Program-made: the position numbers and the translations under genes
In this document: in pieces, positions 44,901 to 53,900 of the stretch
Numbering within the stretch: position 1 is the stretch's first letter
Layout: every line of letters begins with the position of its first letter
Notes under the pieces: generated by a model
Told to the model about the DNA's origin: nothing
Seen by the model: only the letters and a program-made list of their open reading frames with translations
Databases searched by the model: none
Assembly (NCBI GenBank): GCA_046153645.1
Contig: JBJXGI010000046.1
Span: 1 to 56,207, forward strand
Length of the DNA: 56,207 nt
Direction of reading: 5' to 3'
Source of the DNA: Elusimicrobiota bacterium
Lineage (GTDB): Bacteria; Elusimicrobiota; Elusimicrobia; F11

Positions 44901-47900
44901 TTTTGACAACAGGGTGTTCTCCATCGGTTAATACTTTCCAAGAATATTTTTCTCCTCCTGTGAAAACATTAAGCTCAGCCAGGCGAGACTCGTTTATTTT
45001 TCCTCTGAGAGGGATACCGCTCACATAGGGGTTTTGATCTAAAGTGGCCACAGTCTCGGAAGTAGACACAGGCATCAAACGATCGGGGAGAAGCTCGCCT
45101 GTTTGAAAATCAGCCGCGTTGGTCACTCGAGTTAAATTTTTGGCTCCTTTTTCTCTCCATTGTTGGGAGGGAGCGTGCCACTCAAAATCAGGAAATTCTG
45201 TTCGGTCCCATGGAGTTGATTGAGGACCACTGGCATAATTTCGATCAATGGCCACTCTTTGTCCTAAGGAGTTATGCCATTGAACAGACGGTGTATATCC
45301 GCCCATTAAATTTCTTTCCTGTTTTAACACCATAGCCAAACCTTTGGCAGTTAATTCGCCTTTCCATTCAAAAGGCCCTGAACGGAAGGAAGCGGAGGTA
45401 TAAATGGTGTCAGGCTCATTCTTTAATATGTTGTCTCCTCGTTTGTTATAAACCAAACGTCTTATTTCCGACCCATGTCCCATAACACCTGGTCGCAAAG
45501 GCGCTATTGATTTTTCATGCACAACGACATGAAACGGATCTTCTTCACGAACAACGGGGCTCACGGGGACGCCATATAAATCTCGAAGGCCAGGCGCGTG
45601 AGGTTCCATATTCACCACTTTCCAATAAATATTCGATGGACCGCTTTCAGGAATTTTTATTTCGTTTTTCTTATCATTAATAAAGGCATTCATTTCAGCA
45701 GAGCGAGAAGATGCCAACGGGCTATTGCCATAAAATTCTTGTGGATAAGCCCACAATTCCGTTGCTCTCGTCCAGTTGCCTTTTTTATCAACTTCGATCT
45801 TATTGGTTTTATAAAAAACCAAAGCGTGCCCTTTTTCATCAACTAACTTCGTTTTGAAATCGTAATTTTTACCATGAGCTAAATAATGATCTCGCGCCGC
45901 TTTTGTGTCGAAAAAAGTGGTTTGTCTATATCGTAAATCATCAATTGCGTATAAATGACCAAATTCGCCGTCATAAGTGCGGTCTTCTGACTTTGTGATT
46001 GTTTCACCCTCAGCCGTTTCAATAATATAGTCAATGCGGTAAACCACTCGACCTTCACTATCGACAAGCGGAACATCTGGTTTTGAAGGGTCAAATTGGA
46101 GTGTATAAACTTCTTTCCCTCCCCCAGATTTAACTTCAACAGCGCTCGGAATCATTCGGAAAGTTTTTGGGTTTTTTACGTAAGGACCGGGAAATGTGAC
46201 GGTCTCTCCTTCTAAGGATTCTTTCAGTTTTAAAAACTTCTCAGGTGTTTGCCAACTGACGGGAGAAAATTTTTCGTCGGTTCTTTTTTCGTTATCATCT
46301 ACCGTCACACGACTGCCGTCGGCTTTAAAGAGGGTTGTTTCAAGAACGCGAACCCCTCTCCTTTCTTTTGAATAATCCGACATGTTAATGGGAAATCGAG
46401 AGAAAAACTCATCAATTTTATTCAATAAAATTTTCTTGCTCGATATAATGTCAGAGGCACCATTGGGATTTCTGAAATTTGGTGTAAACGTATTTAACGT
46501 CAAAATAATATTTGTACCAACAACCGAAAGTTCAAGATCATCTTTTATTTCTCGACTGGTGTTTATATTTTGCAGCAATGGTTTTTTTATTGTTGTGATT
46601 GCACCATTTTCTTCTTTTTTGCCAAAAGAAATTCGAATATCAGCGCCTTCAATGACAGCCAAAACATCTCCAAAAGCATTATGAAGTTCTAAACGAGGAT
46701 GACCAGAGTTCGGAGAGGTCGCTCTCACCCATCTAAATTCAGCCCCTCCAGCCAACGTGATTGTTTTTAAAGGAACGTAATTATCAAGTGCCCCAGTCAC
46801 TTGGTTGGGCGCGAAAGGATGATCGGCCGGAGCAATGGTTTTTTTGAGGCGATTGGCATCAATTAAACCATCCTTAATTAAACCCCGAGCAATGGCCACG
46901 GTAGAACCAGGGTTCGCCACAAAATTCGGGTCAAAAATATCAATTTCATAAGGTTTTAAGAAATTTTCAATGAGTCGAACCAAATGATGACGAGATTGTT
47001 CCACACCAAAAAACTGGGTTACAATTTGCCCTCCATTGACACCTCTTCTTCTATAGGAATGATCTCTCAAAGCGCGAATGGCTTGTAAATATTTTGCTGG
47101 TTGAAAATTACCACCCTGTCTTTCTTTGGCATACAGGTCCAACAACCGGCGCAGCTCTTGAGCTTCATTGGAAACCATGCGTTCATATTGAGTTCCCAAA
47201 GAAAAAACAACATCCATGGGTTTATCAACTTCATGCCAACCCTGTTCTTTTGAAAGGTTAATAATCTTATATAAAGCAGCATATGACTCATTAAGCATTT
47301 TTAACTGCTCTTTTTCTTTATCATCTAAATTTTGTTTTTCCTCAAGTTTTAAAATTCTTCCATTTAAGCCTAACGCATATCTGATAGCTCGGTTATATTG
47401 TTCGTTTCCAATCACTAACACGTGTTGACTTCCATCCACACTGGCCCAATATAATTGCCGGGCGGCGTCAATTTTGGCCAGCTCTTTATCAATAAGCCGG
47501 TGTTCCGCTGCTTTTTGACCCCCTAAAAAAGTACCAGCCATTGTTCCGGCACCACTGAACGCGGCTAAATCTACTTTGGGAATGGCATTTTTTTTCTTTA
47601 GCAAAGCTTCTTCATGCTGTGATAACCAATAAAGAGCTTTTCGAACCCCAAAGTAGTCGTAACGAAAGGTGTCTAATATCTCAATTCGTTTTTTCATGAT
47701 TTGGTCAAAATATTTTTTATGAGCGAAATCGACTTCACCACTATTAACAAACTCATCATGTTCATCTAAAAGCTGAGCTAGTTCTCTCTCAAGCCCATAA
47801 ATATAATCTTTCGACCCCTCTAAAGCGGGATGTTTTTGATGTCCATTGGCGATTTCGAATTTGGGATCCAACGCATTTAAAAGCGAAGCCCTCAACGTTA

Positions 47901-50900
47901 AAGCAAGAGGGCTTTGATAGCCTTGCCCGATTAAGTTGGGATTGGCCAAGCGATTAATGAGTTTATTGGCCAAGCGGCGAACTTCAGGGTCAATAACCCG
48001 CTGGTGATTAGGGGCAAAAAGACCCTGATTTAAATATTTCATAATTTCACCTGGAGGAACCCCGGCAATAACGACGACACGAATAGGATCCAAAGGAAAC
48101 GCAAAACGTTTTCTTTTTCCGACTTTGGTTGGGTTTCCATCACCAGGGTGAGCGGGAAGTGCCGCCAAACCAGGAATTTCATTAATATAACCAACACTGG
48201 TTGGTTCAGCGTCTTTTTCAATGGCGCCGCCCAACAATTCAAAAAAGAGCACCAAATTTCCCATGTCTCTTTCAAAATCCTGAGTTGTTGAAAGCGGCGA
48301 ATTGGGGTTAAATAAAACGCGGGAGTTAATAACTTTTTTTGTTTGTGGGTCCCAATACACATTATCTAATACTTCTCTTTCTTTCCAACCCACTTGCCAC
48401 TTCATGTAAGCTTTTTTATTTTTCAAATCAATGGCTCGGAAACCTTGACTTCCAAGTTCACCTGTATAAGAAAAATCTAATTTTCCTTCTTTTTCTAATT
48501 TAGAAAACTTTTCAAATTCTCCAGGTTCAAGTTTCACTTCCATCACAATTTGTGGCTGCAGTTGAACCCCGTCAACATTTACGACGTACTCACCCGTGAT
48601 GCGGTCATAACGATCATGTCGATAAGTTCCAATTTTACTTTTTCTTAATCGATGAGTAATAACTCCGGTCTCTCGGTCATAGGCCACTTCAACATCTCCG
48701 TCGTCTAATATATGAGCGGCGACTTTTTTAATGGTTTCTGACATTTTTAAATTATGTGTGGCCTCTTCCATTTCTGTTGTGACCTGAGCGGCTGAACCAA
48801 AAAGCGGTTGTTGTTTTGATATATCAGGCGCTTTTTGAGCCAGCGCTTTTAATCCATCAAACCGAGGCAAATAAGTGGGGTTAAACCGGTGAGCGCCCAT
48901 CAAAGGCCGCTGCGCTGAAATGACACTGATTAAAGAGGTGCCACTCATTGATTTAAAAAATTCCATACCTCCCACGCCCACAGCTTTCCCTTCAGCGGGG
49001 ATCCATTTTGTTTTTCCATCAAAATCAGTAATGGGTTCATATAAATAAGCCAGTCCGCCCCCTTTTTGTTCAGGCTGCAAAGGCATTTTTGAAAGGAAAT
49101 CTTTCAATTCGCGAGACCTTTTTTCTAACTCATTCAATTTATTTCTCAACACAATAACTGCTCCCAAATCAATGGAAGACGCTGTTTGTTTCCACTGTCT
49201 CTCCATGCGTTCAAGATTAAATTTGACATAGGGAATCCCCACTTGATCCAAGGCCAATGAAGCGTCGCTTAACCACTCATAAACAAAAGCGGTTTTAGGA
49301 ATTTCTGTCATTTTCATTAAAAGTTGAAAGTATTGAACGCCTTTTTGTTCTAACTTTTCTGGTTCAATAGATAAAACGGCCAATGCTTTGGCGTCAATTG
49401 GATAACCTACTTTTGGCTGATTAAGTTTTTGATTGTCGCGAATAAAAAATTGTTGTGTTTCAAAATCAAACATTCTCGGTTCAATATTAAATTTATTTTC
49501 ATCTTTAAGATCTTGATACGGAACTTTCTCAAACATGTAATCGAGCGCTTTATTGGCAGCCAATTCATATTTTTTATCTTTGAATAAATCGTACCAGTCG
49601 CGGGCCGCTTTATAAAAACGTATTTGATATTCAGGGTTGGCATTTTGATAACCCGTTGCGTAGCGAACCTCACCACTGGCGAGTTGATTTTGAAGAGCAT
49701 AATCGAGCAAATTAACAGCCGCTTTGTAGTAGAAAGAATCTCCCGTCGTTAAATACAAGTTACGAAATGCCATGTGAAGCGACAGTGAAGGGCCAAAACT
49801 TTCTTCCATTTCAAAAATTTGACCACTGTCTCCATAAATGGCCTGCGCGGGAACTCCGTTAATTAAACGCCACGGTTTTTTAAGTTTGCTGGGGCTTCGG
49901 TCTTCAGTGCCCGTTAAAAGACGGTTGGCCAATTGTTTGGCTTTTTCAATGTCTCCTCGGCGAATCAAGTGATCAATTAATTCTGCGTGGTCATACAAGA
50001 AAACCGCATCTTTCAGTTTAGAATCACCCAAAGAAGAAGGCGGGGTGGGTTTCTTTAAAAATTGGGCAAGTACTTTTTCGAGTTCTTGAGCGCGAGCTTG
50101 TTCTGCTGCATTTAAAACAGGTTTTTGTTGAGGCGCATTTTGTTTGAAAATGGGTTCAAAAAGAGGGCCATTTCTTTCGGCCTCAACACGGCGCTCAAGA
50201 TTGTTTTTAAAGGGAGGTTTAAGAACTTCTTCTTTTTTTGTTTTTTTATCTTCAATGGGGGTGATATTTAAAGTTTTTACGTCAAATATTCTTAAAAAAC
50301 TAAAAGGTTCAGCTAATTTAAGTGAATAAAACCAAGCTGAATAACCAGCCCCACCCAACAAAGCGATGAGGATTGCATTTTTTAGTCCTCTCTTTAATGC
50401 GCTTATTCCATATTTATAAATTCCAAAAATGAGGATGGCAAAAACCAAAACAAAAATAAGCGCACCACGAAAATTTTGAGGCAGGGTCGGCAATGCAATA
50501 TATTGAGGGAGGTAAAAAGCGGCAATAATTAAAACGGAAACAAAAAAGAAAAGACCTGAAACTGGAGGTGGCGCTCTGCCTTTTGCAGTCCCTCTTTCAG
50601 ACCACATTTTCATGATAGCCACAGACATGGCCACACCACCACCTGCATACAAGGTAAGTTGTGGCAGAATCTCTGGCGACATGAGAGCAGAAAAAGCACT
50701 CGCGGTAAAAGACCCAAGAGCGGTCCATGCAAAAAGATTTTTAGAAAAACTTTTAAAACGTTTTTTTCTTAATTCTTTTATTGTGAGAACTGGTATTGGA
50801 GCCGCTGGTGTTTGAACACTTGGTTCTTCTTTTTTGGGATCCATTTTCTTTTTGAATTGGAATCGGGCCGCTTCATTGGCCAAAATGGCTGTTAATAAGA

Positions 50901-53900
50901 GAACCAGCATTTCCGGTGCGTATTTTTGAATTTGAGCCTTTAATTCTTCTAGAAGTGCGCTGTCACCTGTCCCATCGGATTCAATGGAGGTATTTGACTC
51001 AACAGGCGTTGGTTTTTTAGGTAATTGACCTTGTTCTTCCGCGATAAAAAAATCCAAATTATCTTGAACAATTTTTTTAATTTGGCCCAACTGATACAGA
51101 TTCAATCTATCCAAAGGGCTACCGCGAACAAGAGAGCGATTCCCTTCTTCAATATCTTCGACTGTTACGCTTTTATCAACAGGTTGTCTTTTGATGATCT
51201 GAATGTCAGCCGACCATTCTTTTTGAGGCAAAATGTCGTTTCCTTCATGAATTGTGACCACAATTTTTTTGGTCCCTTTCAAAGGTCCATAAATTCGGGT
51301 GGGGCCTGACATATTTTGAATGACTGAAAAAGCGACAATTTCACCATTGTCTTTAATCAAGTAGACCCTCATTGTCACCGGTCCTGATTCTCCACGAACT
51401 CCTTTTCCTGAATTTATTCCCAATTTCCCCCAAGTATAAAAAGGCTGAATATACATTTCATCGTTGTCATCAAGCGAGTGTCGAGAAACATCAGCAAAAA
51501 CGCGCTGTGACCAATTTTCCTCATGTATTCCAAATTGGTCTTCAAATTTTTTCATCCCACCCCAAGCAACATAATTATCGTAAGTGAGGGTAAAGTTTAA
51601 TTTGGGGTCATTGGTCGGAAGTGGCGCAATACTTCCATCATCAACGGTAAAATAACGTTGAGGCATACCACGAAATAAACCGTCCACATGTAGTTGTAAA
51701 AGCCGGTTTAAAGATTCAGCTTGTTGCCGAAGCCGATCATTGTCCGCTTGTCGTTGCCAAACTGGTATTTGGTTTAAGGATTCTGACCAGCGTTCATGCC
51801 AACTTCTTCCATCTTTATTATATTTTGTGGAAATAACTTTCCTAAATATTACATTTCTTCCGTCATCAGGAATTCTCCCTCCTACTATTTTTGTTTCGAA
51901 TACAACTTGACTCCCAACGGCATCTCCATCGGCACCATAGAGCGTTGTTTCATATATATAAGAAATAAGAAAGTAAGGATTTTCTCTCACAAAATTTGAT
52001 CCCTCATGAATAATTGCCATGTATAATTCGAAAGCTGCCCTATCAAAACCACCAACAGCTTGCGGCATAAGAGGCAATGCGCCTGGGACCGCTTTTCCAA
52101 ACAAGAAAGTAACCCCACCTGGAACAGGGAAAGGTTCTGTTTTCCCATTGGGGAGCGGTTTTTCTACGGTGACGCTGATGGCCGTGGTATTGGGATTTAA
52201 GGCGAAAACATTTTTTCCTTCTTTCATGAGGCGGTTTAATTCTTCTGAAGTCATTTGAATGGAAAACGTGGTGGGGTCACTTCCCACCGCGCGAACAGTC
52301 ACTTGAATGGTTACTTTTAAACCGGCGGGTAAATTAGTCATTTGAACAGAAAAACTTCCGTTATTGGCTACCAATTCTGCTGGAATATTCGCAAACCGGC
52401 TTTCAAAATGAAGACTGTTTAAAACTCCAAATTTGGGGACTTGTGTGGCTTCAATGCCATTCATTACTTCTCCACTCGTTTGTTGTCCCAGTTCAAAAGC
52501 CAAAAAGGAAGGAAGAGGAATTTCAATCAAAGAACCTGAAGCGTCATAACGCATCACTCGAATGCTGGGCGCCCCACCTTGTGGGTTCAAGCGAACATTA
52601 AACGCGTTACCACCCGCAATAAGACCCGTCGAATAAATATCATTGCCCACCTGCTGAAACACTTGCACAAAAGTTCCTGGGTCGGTGCCTCTGACAAGAA
52701 CATTGGTGGCATTCACCGCTTGACGCCCTAAATCAATTCCGCCTAAGGTGGTGCTGATTTCATCATTGACTTTTAAGGGGTTTACCAAATCTTCATTAAA
52801 CTCAAGCCCGTTGGATGAGCGCAGCGCAGAGGGTTTAACAAAAATAAGTTGTTCTGACCTTCCTAAATAAACAGGCTGGTCCGCCCATAAACTTTGAACG
52901 GAAATGGCTGTTTTGCCTAGACCGTCTGGAATATTAATTTGGGTTCCATAAGGAATACCATTGGGGAATACAATTCGTTTGAGAGGCTGGTAAGTCCCGT
53001 CCGGTAAAAGACGATTGATAATAACTGCAACCGGGCTAAAACCAATGAGTTGCCCTTGATAATTAAGTTGGACACTCCGAGTATTATCAGGCAGTTCAGA
53101 CCCATAAAATAAAGTATTTTTAGCTAAGGCTAAAACCAATTCAGAAATTTTAATCGCGTTAGTGGGTGTTGTTTCTCTTTGGAAAGAACGAACCTCACCA
53201 TCAAAACCAAGTTCTAAAGGAACCGATGAGTTTTCGGCAAAACCCAAAATGGCAAACCCACTGGCCCCTTGAGGGAATTTAAGTTCAAAGGTTCCGCCGT
53301 TTAACAATTCTTGCGTGACAAAAGCGGGTTGAATAATTTCTTTTCCATTTTCATCTGTCAGTATTTTTGTGTACATGACACGAATGCGGTGAACACCGGT
53401 GAAAGAAGGTACTTCAAGTCTCATGCCGGTCATGCCGTCTCTAATTATTCCAAAGTATCCACGGCCATTGGCCAGGGGCTTAAGCACATCAATATTAGCG
53501 GCGAGCATGTTATCTACATCTTGTGCGGAGGTTGTCCCAAATATAAGGTCTCCTTGTCCAATTTGGGAGAGCACTTTACTGTCACCTTCATAAGCTTCTA
53601 TTCCCATTCCGTCAATGCGTGGGTATAAATGGCGGGGCACATCAACCACAAAAACGCCGTCATCATTTACGCGGGCGGTGACCACCACTTTTTCTTTGAC
53701 CACAACACCATCTCTCATCACCACATTGCCTTGTAAATCTAAGAGCGGCTGCGAAAATGAAAATACCACACGGTCCGCATTAGGAAGATTGGGAAGTTTC
53801 ACTGTCACACTTTCAGCATCTAGGGGAATGGCCACGCTATAACGAGTCCCCACTTCATTAGGAACAAAAGCCAAATCGGTCGCCAAAATGGCACTGGCAA

